From: a virus
Taxonomy: Duplodnaviria > Caudoviricetes
Reading direction: 5' to 3' (one strand)
IMG/VR virus record: IMGVR_UViG_3300017785_001504
Location: 1-52,377 of that record
DNA length: 52,377 nucleotides
Shown here: piece by piece, positions 38,071-48,441 of the stretch
Layout of the letters: every line of letters begins with the position of its first letter
Position numbering within the stretch: position 1 is the stretch's first letter
The notes under the pieces: model-generated
What the model was told of the DNA's origin: nothing
The model's input: the letters and a program-made list of their open reading frames with translations, nothing else
The model's database searches: none
Program-made: the position numbers and the translations under genes

Positions 38071-38835
38071 TTAAGCATTTTCTGAGAACTTATCTTCTAG
38101 GTATTTATATAGCTCTAAACCTTCGTCAGATTGCAAGTAAGAAGCCAATGCATGGATATGGTCATGACCAAATGGAACGGTCATTAGACGCTTCTTATTG
38201 TCCTTGAAGTTATAGTGGATGTCTTTGTTTCCTCTAAATGTGAGGTATCCTGCTGTAAATGCGCGAGCTGCGAAGTTATTGATCTTAAGCATTGGGTCAG
38301 ACGCAGCTTCCATGAAGTCTTGCGGATAACGCTTAGCAAATAACATCATATCTCTCTTAATCTCAGCAGAGCTCATTCGATCAACATCTCCACCTAAGAC
38401 CAATCTAGCGACAGCCTCTAATGTGGTAATGTCTTTGTCTGCTAAATCACGAGCCAATAGTAATGCATCAATTTCTGAGAACAACTCCATAACATCCTCT
38501 TGAGCATCTTTTTCTGAGTCAAATTCATAGAATTCACTACCATTACCTGGGTGATAATGCAAGAACTCTTGAAGTACAGGATTGTTTTTAGGAACGATTA
38601 AAACACCATCTTCAAATACAATAGGCTCAACAATTACGTTGGCATCTTGATCATCTTGAAATGGTGAGTTTGAATTTCGCGCGTAGCGAAGTGGGTGGTT
38701 GGTATTTGTCTCTTCATTGTAATAAAGAAGACGTTTGCGCGGTGTGTCTTTATGAGCGATATAATAGCTCAATGGTGACTCACTCATGTTTAATATATAG
38801 GTGCGATCTTTCGCCTCTAGTTTTACTCTGTTCAT
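38071..38835 (-). CDS. Conserved virion-associated protein
   Basis: 254 aa directly after the capsid gene; LRYARN..SPF, IVFEDG. Confidence 0.7.
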   Translation of the reverse strand: MNRVKLEAKDRTYILNMSESPLSYYIAHKDTPRKRLLYYNEETNTNHPLRYARNSNSPFQDDQDANVIVEPIVFEDGVLIVPKNNPVLQEFLHYHPGNGSEFYEFDSEKDAQEDVMELFSEIDALLLARDLADKDITTLEAVARLVLGGDVDRMSSAEIKRDMMLFAKRYPQDFMEAASDPMLKINNFAARAFTAGYLTFRGNKDIHYNFKDNKKRLMTVPFGHDHIHALASYLQSDEGLELYKYLEDKFSENA

Positions 38836-38855
38836 TTGATATAATTTAAATTATT

Positions 38856-38886
38856 AAAAAAATAGAGAGGGGCCGTAACCCCTCTC
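38856..38886 (-). terminator. Intrinsic terminator after the capsid gene
   Basis: GAGAGGGG-TTACGG-CCCCTCTC then TA and T7. Confidence 0.85.
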
Positions 38887-38895
38887 ATATTATTC

Positions 38896-40347
38896 TTATC
38901 CTTTGAAGATAAAGAAGTTGTTAGCACCTAATGTACAAAGCGCACGCTCTGACAAGAAGTTGACCTCCATAGCATCCAAGTCGCTAGTCTGTGCACCACC
39001 GGCAGAACCAGTCATCCAAGTTTTGTAACGACGATTTTCAGCTTCAGAAGCACGGTAACGAACGTGAAGGAATGGACGCTTAGCGTTCTTACCAAGTACT
39101 TGATCGTAAACGCTCATTGTACCAGCAGGAACTAAGACGCCATTGATAGCACCACCAACAAGACCACCGCGAAGAGTAGCATCGTTAAGGTATTTCCAAT
39201 CTGTCTTGTAGAACTCATAACCACGACGGAATCCAGAGAAACCAAGGTTAAGTGCCATTTCTTCGCTGTTGTCAAACAAACCGTAAGAAGTACCACCAGC
39301 ACCGTAAGAGTTTTGAGCAGCCAACATATCGTCGATGTCAAAAGAGAACTGACGGTTCAAGAACAATACGTTCTCAGCGATAGCACCTTGCTTGTCAAGA
39401 CGTTGTACGATTGTATCGAAGTCACCTAAAGAAGATGGGTTACCACCTGCCCAAACGTTACCACGAGATTCAATAGCAGCAAACATACCTTGAGTACCAG
39501 CAGCAGCAGCAAGGGTAGATCCAGTAGGATAAGCCGGAGCAACACCGTTAGTGCCAAGTACCCCAGAAGCAGCAGCACCTGATCCAACAGCAGCAGGAAC
39601 ACCTTCAACCATTGCCATTTCAAGATAATCCTCAAAACGCAAACGAGTTTCGTGCTCAGACTTCATGTACCAGTAGTAACCAGTAGCACCATTCTCAGTT
39701 GTTACTTCAACCCAACCAACTTGAGCCATGTCGGAACCAGATACACGATATTTATCTTTGATGATAATTGGCTTGTTGTCGAAGAATAAATCTTGAGCTT
39801 CGTTAGAACCAATCATGCCTTCAGTTCCTTTACGGAATTCAGAACCATAAACAAATGCAGTAACAGTTGTTCCAGAAGTAAATGGTGACGCAGATAAGTT
39901 GCTGTAATAAGCAACTGTAAATGTAGAGCCATCGTTAGCAACAGCTGTAATAATTGCCTTCTGAGATTCTGATGAAATAGAAGAAGAAGATAAAAATACA
40001 GTTTGGTTTACACGGAAGTTACATACAGTAAGTGGTGAGGTAACAGGCATGTTGAATACTTGTGTACCAGCACTATATGCACCAAGTGTGACGCTTGTAT
40101 ACTTTGTGTGAAGACGACCTTGTTCTGCCCATTTGATGAGGTCAGAGTTAGTAGGAAGTTCGGCACCAACCATACGCAAGAAAGATGCGATTGAACGGTT
40201 ACCGTAGCGCTCGAATTCTTGCTCATAAGTATCAGGAAGATACTGATTCAAGAAATCAAAGTTAGTAATGTAGTTTGTAGGCAATGTTGCCTTTACAGAG
40301 CTCGGAGTCAATAATGGGCCCGGAGATGCGGATAATGTACCAGCCAT
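38896..40347 (-). CDS. Major capsid protein
   Basis: QYLPD.YE.EFERYGNR, WAEQGRLH, LSERALCTLGANNF; strong codon bias; follows the scaffold gene. Confidence 0.88.
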   Translation of the reverse strand: MAGTLSASPGPLLTPSSVKATLPTNYITNFDFLNQYLPDTYEQEFERYGNRSIASFLRMVGAELPTNSDLIKWAEQGRLHTKYTSVTLGAYSAGTQVFNMPVTSPLTVCNFRVNQTVFLSSSSISSESQKAIITAVANDGSTFTVAYYSNLSASPFTSGTTVTAFVYGSEFRKGTEGMIGSNEAQDLFFDNKPIIIKDKYRVSGSDMAQVGWVEVTTENGATGYYWYMKSEHETRLRFEDYLEMAMVEGVPAAVGSGAAASGVLGTNGVAPAYPTGSTLAAAAGTQGMFAAIESRGNVWAGGNPSSLGDFDTIVQRLDKQGAIAENVLFLNRQFSFDIDDMLAAQNSYGAGGTSYGLFDNSEEMALNLGFSGFRRGYEFYKTDWKYLNDATLRGGLVGGAINGVLVPAGTMSVYDQVLGKNAKRPFLHVRYRASEAENRRYKTWMTGSAGGAQTSDLDAMEVNFLSERALCTLGANNFFIFKG

Positions 40348-40352
40348 TTTTT

Positions 40353-41462
40353 CTAGTTTTTAGGTTTTTGTTTTATAACTAATCTGTTACCGAAACCAGA
40401 CTCTACAGCTCTTACTTGGAACGTTCCGTCAGTTTTGTTAGTCACCTGAGTGGCTTGACGAGTCATATTAATGTTTTTAGACTCTTTAGAAACTGTCTCA
40501 ACAGCTTCTGTCATACCCTTCTCATAGAAGAACTTGGCAAACTTTTCGGGATTCGAAGCAATCGCTATTGCTCGATGGAACACCTCAGCATCCTTTAGGT
40601 AGCCCTCTTCGTTTAAGAACTTATTTACAAAGTTGCTTAATGAAGACTGCTCGTTAAGAAGTGTCTTTGCATCTGCCGGCTTGAACGTTACTGCCTTATC
40701 TTCGTCAATATTAAATTTGAAACCTTCAAACTTATCAGAAAATAATTCATTCGTCTTATCGGCGAAATACCTAGACCGCTTTTGTTGCTCCTCTTGCTCG
40801 CTAGTCGCGGTTTGTTTATATTGCTTATAAGATTCGTAAGCTTCTTTTTCTTCTTGCGGAACAAAGGTATCCCTTGACTCAAGCGGAGCCTTGTACTGTT
40901 CTTTAAGCTTATTAAAATACTCACGAGCCTTATTGAGCTCTTTTTTTCTCTCTAGCTTTACCTTCTTAATGTGCTTGTCATCATCAAAGTCCTCATCATA
41001 TGAAAACTTGGTCTCTAACTCAAACTTAACCTCATCAGCATCAAGCCCTGGGTTCTGATCTTTAGCGTATTGGTAAAGTAGAGAATCTTCGTCCATGGTA
41101 CTGTAATCAACGTTCAACTTCATGAAGTCTTCAATACCACGTCCTGTCTCTCTCTTGTATTTCAGAAACGCAGAGACATCTTCAGGTAGTTCTTCAGCTT
41201 GTTCGCGCTCTTGAACTAAATCATCCAAAGATGTAATCTCTTTGTTCCATCTCTTACCAAGATATGAAAGAACTTTATTATCATCCAAATCAACCTCTAC
41301 TGGTTGAATTGGGTCTTCTACAGGCTGCCCTTCGGTTAAGTCAATCTTTACTGTGTCTTGATCGCCACTATGATCTTCTAAACCCTCAAGAAGCGCTGCT
41401 TCTTTTTCGGCTACAGACTTCTCCTCGAAATCTACAGCTCTTACTTTAAATTCACCTTCCAT
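40353..41462 (-). CDS. Putative scaffold protein
   Basis: Acidic N-terminus and coiled coil, between portal and capsid; -7 box TAACTTTG at 41479-41486. Confidence 0.7.
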   Translation of the reverse strand: MEGEFKVRAVDFEEKSVAEKEAALLEGLEDHSGDQDTVKIDLTEGQPVEDPIQPVEVDLDDNKVLSYLGKRWNKEITSLDDLVQEREQAEELPEDVSAFLKYKRETGRGIEDFMKLNVDYSTMDEDSLLYQYAKDQNPGLDADEVKFELETKFSYDEDFDDDKHIKKVKLERKKELNKAREYFNKLKEQYKAPLESRDTFVPQEEKEAYESYKQYKQTATSEQEEQQKRSRYFADKTNELFSDKFEGFKFNIDEDKAVTFKPADAKTLLNEQSSLSNFVNKFLNEEGYLKDAEVFHRAIAIASNPEKFAKFFYEKGMTEAVETVSKESKNINMTRQATQVTNKTDGTFQVRAVESGFGNRLVIKQKPKN

Positions 41463-41523
41463 TTAATTTAATTTTCAACAAAGTTAGTAAATACTTTTAT
41501 CATTAATTTTATTCACATTATTG

Positions 41524-42003
41524 CTATCCCCAATGCTTATTCTCTCTCTCCCAATAAAACTCTAATTGCTCTTTATTCCAATCGTAATATTTTCCAACCA
41601 CATCACATTTGAAAATGCTGTGTATGTTTTCATACTGCGCTACGGTTATTATTTCTTTTCCTTTTATATTAGATAATGCATTAAACATAAATGTGTAATT
41701 ACTTCCACTTATGATTCCTGCTTCTACTAATACAATTTTTTGCTTATCAAACAATGGGATCATTTTTATGAAATTATCCCTATATGGCGTAGGATCTTCG
41801 TCTGGATATGGAACATTGATATGCAACATCTCCATCATCTCGCCCATCGAGCTTAAGTGATGTGCTATATGCATAGATATAGAAGAACTATAATCTGGTG
41901 ATATATTCAATATAATCCCATTAGACGGATTAATTTCATACTTTTCAAGCTCTTCACAAACTTTTTTAGTGGTTTCCCACTCTTCTTTTCTATCTACTTT
42001 CAT
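41524..42003 (-). CDS. Phosphoribosyltransferase-fold protein, atypical PRPP loop
   Basis: KIVLVEAGIISGSNY resembles VLxVDDxxxSGxT; C-terminal FYWE. Confidence 0.55.
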   Translation of the reverse strand: MKVDRKEEWETTKKVCEELEKYEINPSNGIILNISPDYSSSISMHIAHHLSSMGEMMEMLHINVPYPDEDPTPYRDNFIKMIPLFDKQKIVLVEAGIISGSNYTFMFNALSNIKGKEIITVAQYENIHSIFKCDVVGKYYDWNKEQLEFYWERENKHWG

Positions 42004-44427
42004 CTATTTTGGTCCAAATGATTCTAAGTCAAATCCATCCAGGGAATCCTCTGTACTTTCAAAGTTTTGTGGAGGTAAGTTATTTTGTCGTTGGTTGATG
42101 AGCTCAGACTGACGTGTAGCCTGTAGGTCTACTCGTTTATCTTTAGCTTTCTCCTTTTCAAGCTCACGATCTTTTAGCGTCTGCATCTGCATACCATTGA
42201 GCTGCATGTTGTATTGGAACTCAATAGCCATTAGCTCTTTCTTGAGCTCAGCTTCGGCCTGCATCTTTTGAATGTCGCCTTGAACTTCCATCTGCTTGAT
42301 CTGCGCCTTGGTCTGACCTTCCAATTGAATGATCTGTGCCTTGGCTTCAGAAGCTGCTTGAGAGGACTGAATGTTTGTCTGCATTTGCATTTGGAACTCC
42401 ATCTCCTTCTCTTTCTGCTTTTGCTCCATACGCTTACGACGCTTCATCTTAAGCATCTCATTAGCAAGCTTAATGTTATTAATCATGCGAATATCAATTG
42501 CATCCTCAAGGTCAATCGTTTGCTGCTGTAGGGCGATCTGAATGTTCTGCTCAAGCTGAGCTTTTTGCTCTTCATCCGGAGCTACCTCAACAAAGATACC
42601 AAAGTCATGTAGGTATAGTTCATTAACATCCTGCAAGATAGCTAGGTTGTACTTACCAATCTGCATAGCGAACTCTTCAGCAAAGTCAGAGTACTCTAGG
42701 ATGTCAGCAATACGTATAGAAATACACTCAGCTACACGTCTAGTTGTGATAATACCAGCATCTAGAATGTGGCGAGTTGCCGTGTTTGAATTTAGTGCTG
42801 CAAGTTTTTGAACACCAACCAATGCGTCTGGATGTGGTGTAGATGCGTCACGCACCTCATTCACACCCGTCACGTCACGGATCATATTTAAGTAGTGGTT
42901 GTAGTTGCCGATTAGGGCAGACATCTTAGCTTGGCCACTATTTGTATTAAGCTCTTGGATAGGAATACGAGCATTGTTGAACTCACCCTCTGTGGTATAA
43001 GATCGGCCAATCACACTACCTGTTTGGAAGTATAGATTGAGTGCATCCTCAGGATTGTATGCCGCACCGGTACCTAGGTCAACCTCATTGATACCATCAG
43101 CATCGATGAACACACCATCAGGAACAATACGAGCCATAACCTGCTGTAGCTTCAAGTGTGTCAACTGAATCTGATCAGCAAATGGAATCATACGTCTAAC
43201 TAGCGACTCAATATTTCCCTTGTAGTAACGTGGAGCGTAAGCAATGTAGTTTGAAAGCGCTCGCTGTGATGCAGACTTAGGACGAACCATGTTCTTCATC
43301 ATCTCCCACTTGATCATTATGTTGGACCCGCCAACAAGAACGCCTTCATACCAAACGTCGCGAACTGCTTCAATTACCTCGAAGTATTCACCGTTTGGAG
43401 CCATGAACGTATCTTCTTTACGAATAACGCGCTCACCACCATTATCAAGAATTTTCTTTTTCCAAACAAATTTCTTATGGGTCTTGTAGTTAAAGTATAA
43501 CAACGTCACAACCTCATTTAAGAATGCATCGTCTTGGTAGTTTCTAACTACAGGGAAGTAGTCATACCATGCTGAGCCTGCGTTCTTGATTTCAGTAAGT
43601 TGCTCGTTAGTTAGGTTTGGATCCATCTTGAGAAGCTCGGTGTAGTGCACCTGCTTAACCTCTCCAAAATAGAAACAATCAGAGTAGTCATTCTTTTCAG
43701 TATAGCTATGGATCCAGTTTGCTGGATCTACATACTCAATCTTTACGCCGTCATTAATAAGGAACTCATGCTTAACAACGCCAACACCAAGGGTAGTGAC
43801 GTCATAATAGTATAAACGCATGATGTCCTCATACTCGTTCATTTTCATGACAGTGTCGATAGCAATCTCTTCAGCAATCTCTACAGATGGCTTATAGTTC
43901 ATCTGCATGTACAATGACAGCTCCTGATCATTAGCAGGAAGGTCATCTGGATTAACGTTAAATGCGTCAATACCAAACTGCTCCTGTGTAAGTGTAAGGA
44001 AGTCCTTAGCCACCATATCAGACTCAATCATATCTTGGAAGACGTTCTTCTTCTCAGCAGACATTACGTCCTGAGCTTCGGCCTTTACAGTGTATGGTCG
44101 GTCAAGCATTCCGTTGACAACAACGTCAACAAACTTAGGGATGATAGGAACGGGAGTCCAATCTAGGTTGAGCATAGATATGTCACCATTGACAGCTAGC
44201 TCATCTTTATACTTCTGTACTGGCTGCTCTCCACGAGCATACAGTCTCAAACGGTGGAATTCACCCCACTGTTGATAAAATCTACTTGAGTTTGATTTCT
44301 TCTTAAACCACTCCCCTTCGATGGCTTTACCTACCCTTAGGCCATATTCAAATGTGACCTTAACCTCATCCGGTGCCATTTGGTCCGGAAAAGGTAGTGC
44401 AGAGATAACTACTGATGGTTTATCCAT
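42004..44427 (-). CDS. Portal protein
   Basis: 807 aa after terminase; LRLYARGEQ, LDWTPVPIIPKFVD; coiled-coil C-terminus; -7 box at 44471-44478. Confidence 0.88.
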   Translation of the reverse strand: MDKPSVVISALPFPDQMAPDEVKVTFEYGLRVGKAIEGEWFKKKSNSSRFYQQWGEFHRLRLYARGEQPVQKYKDELAVNGDISMLNLDWTPVPIIPKFVDVVVNGMLDRPYTVKAEAQDVMSAEKKNVFQDMIESDMVAKDFLTLTQEQFGIDAFNVNPDDLPANDQELSLYMQMNYKPSVEIAEEIAIDTVMKMNEYEDIMRLYYYDVTTLGVGVVKHEFLINDGVKIEYVDPANWIHSYTEKNDYSDCFYFGEVKQVHYTELLKMDPNLTNEQLTEIKNAGSAWYDYFPVVRNYQDDAFLNEVVTLLYFNYKTHKKFVWKKKILDNGGERVIRKEDTFMAPNGEYFEVIEAVRDVWYEGVLVGGSNIMIKWEMMKNMVRPKSASQRALSNYIAYAPRYYKGNIESLVRRMIPFADQIQLTHLKLQQVMARIVPDGVFIDADGINEVDLGTGAAYNPEDALNLYFQTGSVIGRSYTTEGEFNNARIPIQELNTNSGQAKMSALIGNYNHYLNMIRDVTGVNEVRDASTPHPDALVGVQKLAALNSNTATRHILDAGIITTRRVAECISIRIADILEYSDFAEEFAMQIGKYNLAILQDVNELYLHDFGIFVEVAPDEEQKAQLEQNIQIALQQQTIDLEDAIDIRMINNIKLANEMLKMKRRKRMEQKQKEKEMEFQMQMQTNIQSSQAASEAKAQIIQLEGQTKAQIKQMEVQGDIQKMQAEAELKKELMAIEFQYNMQLNGMQMQTLKDRELEKEKAKDKRVDLQATRQSELINQRQNNLPPQNFESTEDSLDGFDLESFGPK

Positions 44428-46646
44428 TATTCGATGATTTCGCTTCTAATGCCTGTATTCTTATATCTTACAAATTTAACACTTATTTTAGATTCCTCTT
44501 TCTTGGGTATAAATAGGTGTTTTCTTGATGCCATGATAGCAAGCCCTGAGCTAATCGAGGCATCGTGTTTTGTCCTGTTATTAATATCAAATCGAGCCCA
44601 GTCGTTGAGTGTTCTGTTGAAATACATGTCACCCATGGTGTCTGATTCTCTGTATGTTCCCTCCTGATCAAGGCCAACGTATTCTTCGATGTATGTGTTG
44701 ATGGAGTTAGCGTGGGCATGCTTTACGTCCTCAGATGAGTTGGGAATACCACCAAGCTCTAGCTCAGTTTTAGATAGCTTTGACGCATGCTTGTCTGGCC
44801 TATTTAAAGAAAATGCTCGATAGCCTCTGTTCTTAAAGTGGTAGAGTAATCGCTGCTTATTGTTCTCAATAAGTATAGGCATTCCGTAGAAATGACAGGC
44901 CATTAGAACATCCTCAAAGAATATCTCAGCTGTCTGTGGACGGGTAATGTACTCCAAAAAGAATTGATTTGTTGGCGCTTTTTCCATGTGAAATGAAGTC
45001 AATCCATGGAGCGCTCCGGCAGATCCACCACCACCAACTACACCTGATATGTCATAAGGGTCACACCCAAACACACCAATGTGCTCATTGCCTGGGCACT
45101 TGCGGCCGTTCTTCACAATCACTCTGTTACGCATAGCTTGGTCAGGAATCCATGACACCAAGAACCTGCCGTTCGGGTCAGGCGTCCAAACGACCTCGCT
45201 GTCTTGCTCTCCATTTTTCCAATGAAAGTAGCCCTTAGTTAGGACGCGGTCTTTGATTAAGGCGTCATTATAGTCAATCTGTTGATAGATTTTTGTGAGG
45301 TTAAATAGTGAGGACTTAGACTCATCACGGAACGCGTGAGACTCTGTGCGCGGGAACTGACGATAGAACTCATTGAGTGCATCTGAGTCAGTCTTAAGTG
45401 CGGCAACCTCATTGTTCCAATAAGTAATGACACCCATTGTTATCTCCTCACCATCGATACCCATGATAGGTTTCTTTGGGTCCTCAAACACAGGCCATCC
45501 ATACTCGTCAATAAAGCCCTCCATGTTCCACTCCATGGGAATGAAAAGGCTGTATAGTCCTGACTTGGTCTGACCATTGGCAGATCGCTTTGTTGGCTCG
45601 CTGTCGTTGTACAACTTCTTGAAGTTCTCACCACCCTTGCTGAGTGCATTTGATGTAGAACCCATCATACACTTGCCAATAATCCTACTACCCAAACGCA
45701 AACATGTTTTGGTTACGCGCCAGTTATTTAAGATGTTCTCAGGCTTCTCCCATTTACCACTCTCATCATGTACAAGTAGAAGTAGCTTCTCACCGTCATA
45801 GCTGTTGTCTGCGGTGTTTTTCCAGTCAATGGTAGTATCCAACCCTTCTATGTCATCATCGCGCTCCTCATCCATATTCTTGCGCGTAATCTTACTCGCA
45901 GGAACGCGGAAGGCCAACTCAGTCTTCGGGTTGTCCATACCGTCTTGGATCGGCTTGAAAAAGAAGGGGTAATTTCTAACGATAGGCACCACCTTGTCGG
46001 TAAACATCTTCTTGGCATCTCCACCTGTCTTAGACAAGATACCAATACGAGAGTCCCTAACAATTGTACCTGTGTTGGACGTCTCGGCTGAAGACATAAA
46101 CGAGAAACCTGAACGACGGTTCTTTAGATAGCACATGCCAAAAGATCTGCTGTCTGCCTTAGTGGCCTCCCAATAAATAAAGAATATTCGGTTAGACTCA
46201 CGGAAGTCAGGAAGACCGACGTCAATCTTGGTCCACTGCAAGTACATGTAGTGTGTCCCTGTAATGTAGGTTGGCTTGCCGTTGTTCTTAAACCAATAGC
46301 CATAGTCCCTTCGATCAAACTCCGTCTCGATCATGTCGACGTAATTTGACTTGAACGAATTGTCTCTACGGTTCCAGTCAAAGATTGACTTTATTTTCTG
46401 TAGCTCTGCCGGGTACTCTTGGGCAACCCATTTGTTTCCGCGGTCGTCTATCTTCTTTGGTGTAGATGGAACGGCAATCTTTAGTCCGTTAATCTCATAG
46501 ATGTCGCCAATAGTTCCGTCCTTAGATATAACGATGAGGTCATACTCTTTATTGTACCCATAGTCCCAACTTTTCTTGCTGTTCTTAGTATTAAGAGCAG
46601 TCCTGTGAACATGGTCAGTGACTATACGGTATAGATTATTTTCCAT
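44427..46646 (-). CDS. terL: Terminase large subunit
   Basis: KNRRSGFS Walker A, LVHDESGK Walker B, GSTS motif III, GCDPYD and HDA nuclease residues. Confidence 0.92.
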   Translation of the reverse strand: MENNLYRIVTDHVHRTALNTKNSKKSWDYGYNKEYDLIVISKDGTIGDIYEINGLKIAVPSTPKKIDDRGNKWVAQEYPAELQKIKSIFDWNRRDNSFKSNYVDMIETEFDRRDYGYWFKNNGKPTYITGTHYMYLQWTKIDVGLPDFRESNRIFFIYWEATKADSRSFGMCYLKNRRSGFSFMSSAETSNTGTIVRDSRIGILSKTGGDAKKMFTDKVVPIVRNYPFFFKPIQDGMDNPKTELAFRVPASKITRKNMDEERDDDIEGLDTTIDWKNTADNSYDGEKLLLLVHDESGKWEKPENILNNWRVTKTCLRLGSRIIGKCMMGSTSNALSKGGENFKKLYNDSEPTKRSANGQTKSGLYSLFIPMEWNMEGFIDEYGWPVFEDPKKPIMGIDGEEITMGVITYWNNEVAALKTDSDALNEFYRQFPRTESHAFRDESKSSLFNLTKIYQQIDYNDALIKDRVLTKGYFHWKNGEQDSEVVWTPDPNGRFLVSWIPDQAMRNRVIVKNGRKCPGNEHIGVFGCDPYDISGVVGGGGSAGALHGLTSFHMEKAPTNQFFLEYITRPQTAEIFFEDVLMACHFYGMPILIENNKQRLLYHFKNRGYRAFSLNRPDKHASKLSKTELELGGIPNSSEDVKHAHANSINTYIEEYVGLDQEGTYRESDTMGDMYFNRTLNDWARFDINNRTKHDASISSGLAIMASRKHLFIPKKEESKISVKFVRYKNTGIRSEIIE

Positions 46647-46920
46647 TCTTTAACTTTGCTCTGCCTTCAGCAAAACCACTCTTACCTAGAGTGACCTCAG
46701 CTATTGGTGTTTCAGATCTTTTGTTTTCTTCCTCATCAATCTTTAGAAGCATAAACATGGCATCCTCAAATGCCAAACGCTTAGCCGATGCAGCGTTCTT
46801 CATCTTGTCGGCAGATATGTCGTCCTCGGCATGCGTAATGATAGGCTGCTCAAGGACCTTGATCAGCTCATTTATAGCCTTCTTGCCAGCTTCGATGATT
46901 CTTATTTTTGTATCAGACAT
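46636..46920 (-). CDS. Putative terminase small subunit
   Basis: Small helical ORF immediately upstream of terL. Confidence 0.5.
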   Translation of the reverse strand: MSDTKIRIIEAGKKAINELIKVLEQPIITHAEDDISADKMKNAASAKRLAFEDAMFMLLKIDEEENKRSETPIAEVTLGKSGFAEGRAKLKNGK

Positions 46921-47456
46921 AGGTTCTTGTTATACATTCTATAGAGCACTTGGTCATCTATTCTAAACTCATACTCGCTATCTGGAGTAAAAGATACAAC
47001 ATCTCCCTTAGATACAAAACTATTGCTAGGATAAACAACCTCACCCCATAACTCCTCAAATCCACCTAGTGTGCTAAACACCTTATCCTCTGACGGCACA
47101 GGCTTAATGAACACAAATGGCTCAACGGCCTGCCAATCAGCGTCACGCTTAAATGCATAGACCTGATCAAGCTCAGCCAAGAACATATCGTCCATGACAT
47201 AATTCCAGCTGCTCTTTTGGCGGCCCTTCATGTCGTTGTAGAACTTAAATACGTTGTGGTGAACTATAACGGTGTCGCCAGGTTGAACCGGGCCGTTATA
47301 GTAAATAGGAGTTGCAATTACTTTTGCAAAGCGGTTAGAAGCCTTGTGGTCTTCTTGAGAGGAACTAATTATAAAATCTACGTCTCCGTATTTTTTAATG
47401 TTGTCGTACCGCCTCAGACCAATTGGTTCTACAATGAAGCAGTATGGGGATTTCAT
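46902..47456 (-). CDS. Tandem GroES-like co-chaperonin protein
   Basis: Two units with FIVEP..AKVIATP..VQPGDTV and FIKP..GEVVY..VSKGDVV. Confidence 0.7.
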   Translation of the reverse strand: MKSPYCFIVEPIGLRRYDNIKKYGDVDFIISSSQEDHKASNRFAKVIATPIYYNGPVQPGDTVIVHHNVFKFYNDMKGRQKSSWNYVMDDMFLAELDQVYAFKRDADWQAVEPFVFIKPVPSEDKVFSTLGGFEELWGEVVYPSNSFVSKGDVVSFTPDSEYEFRIDDQVLYRMYNKNLCLIQK

Positions 47457-47677
47457 CAGTAGTCTATTTTATACTCAATTGCAATTGGCATTGTTGGAGA
47501 GAAGGATTTCCATCTAATAATCTCTCCATCCTTGACAATCCACACGCAGATACTACCATCATTTTCAATTCTGATGGTGTTGATCTTCCAAGTCTTATCA
47601 AGGACTTCCTGACCGACCATGTAGTGCATAGACTTCATGTAGTCAGGACCGATTGATATTTTTCTAATTATACTCAC
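47456..47677 (-). CDS. Conserved hypothetical protein
   Basis: IIRKISIGPDY..MHY.VGQ; coupled ORF. Confidence 0.75.
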   Translation of the reverse strand: MSIIRKISIGPDYMKSMHYMVGQEVLDKTWKINTIRIENDGSICVWIVKDGEIIRWKSFSPTMPIAIEYKIDY

Positions 47678-47903
47678 CTGTTTGAAGGTTTACCTGAACG
47701 TCGCCATACTTGTCATAGATCTCCTGCTGTGTTCCAGAAAGATCCATGGTTGCTACCTTAAGCTGTTCCATAGTTACAGTCTTCTGCTCTTTAAGGCGCT
47801 CAAAAGACATTTCGATGTCAGCGACCGCGAACTTCAAGTCGCGATACATTCTGTTAGCTGCGACTAATTTGTCGAGCTCTTCTTTTTTGATTTTATTTTT
47901 CAT
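47664..47903 (-). CDS. Small coiled-coil protein
   Basis: Ends KYGDVQVNLQTGEY; ATG overlaps the upstream TAA. Confidence 0.7.
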   Translation of the reverse strand: MKNKIKKEELDKLVAANRMYRDLKFAVADIEMSFERLKEQKTVTMEQLKVATMDLSGTQQEIYDKYGDVQVNLQTGEYN

Positions 47904-48304
47904 TAGATTGATATATACCATTTAAGATTGGCATGACTGTACTGTAGACATACCGGTGTGTTTGCTGTAAGTGTAGCAGGAGCGCCAACGAATGTAGCTC
48001 CAGTTGATACCCATGTTGTTGTTGCGCGGGTAACTGTTGACATGACGACATACTTAACACCATCTAAGCTTGAGCTAGCTGCTGGAAGATTGACCGCAAA
48101 AGATGGGCCCGCTGTTCCTGTGAAGTATGTGTTGACGTTTGTAATCGTATAGGTTGTTAAAGCATCCGTTGCGATAACTGATGGAGTTTGATTTAAAGCC
48201 AATAAAGTAGGCACGTCAAAATTAACTGTCTTTCCGGCAGTGTTGGTACCAAATACTTTTGATGTTGTGTTTGGTGTCTCAGTGATATAGTCTTGTACTT
48301 TCAT
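47903..48304 (-). CDS. Putative virion structural protein
   Basis: T/A/V-rich beta protein, VNLPAA...WY pattern. Confidence 0.65.
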   Translation of the reverse strand: MKVQDYITETPNTTSKVFGTNTAGKTVNFDVPTLLALNQTPSVIATDALTTYTITNVNTYFTGTAGPSFAVNLPAASSSLDGVKYVVMSTVTRATTTWVSTGATFVGAPATLTANTPVCLQYSHANLKWYISI

Positions 48305-48432
48305 CGCCCTTGGCCTTTATATTTTTTCTTATAACCCTTTGAAGACTTTAAACAAGATGTCTTTGTCTTGGCATGAACGCCTGGACGACTCACCTTAACA
48401 CTCTTCTTTGCTGACTGCTCAACCTTCTTCAT
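48301..48432 (-). CDS. Small basic protein, 43 aa
   Basis: MKKVEQ...RPGVHAK...KKKYKGQGR*; -7 box TAAATTTG (48437-48444) 4 nt upstream; ATGA coupling. Confidence 0.75.
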   Translation of the reverse strand: MKKVEQSAKKSVKVSRPGVHAKTKTSCLKSSKGYKKKYKGQGR

Positions 48433-48441
48433 TGTACAAAT

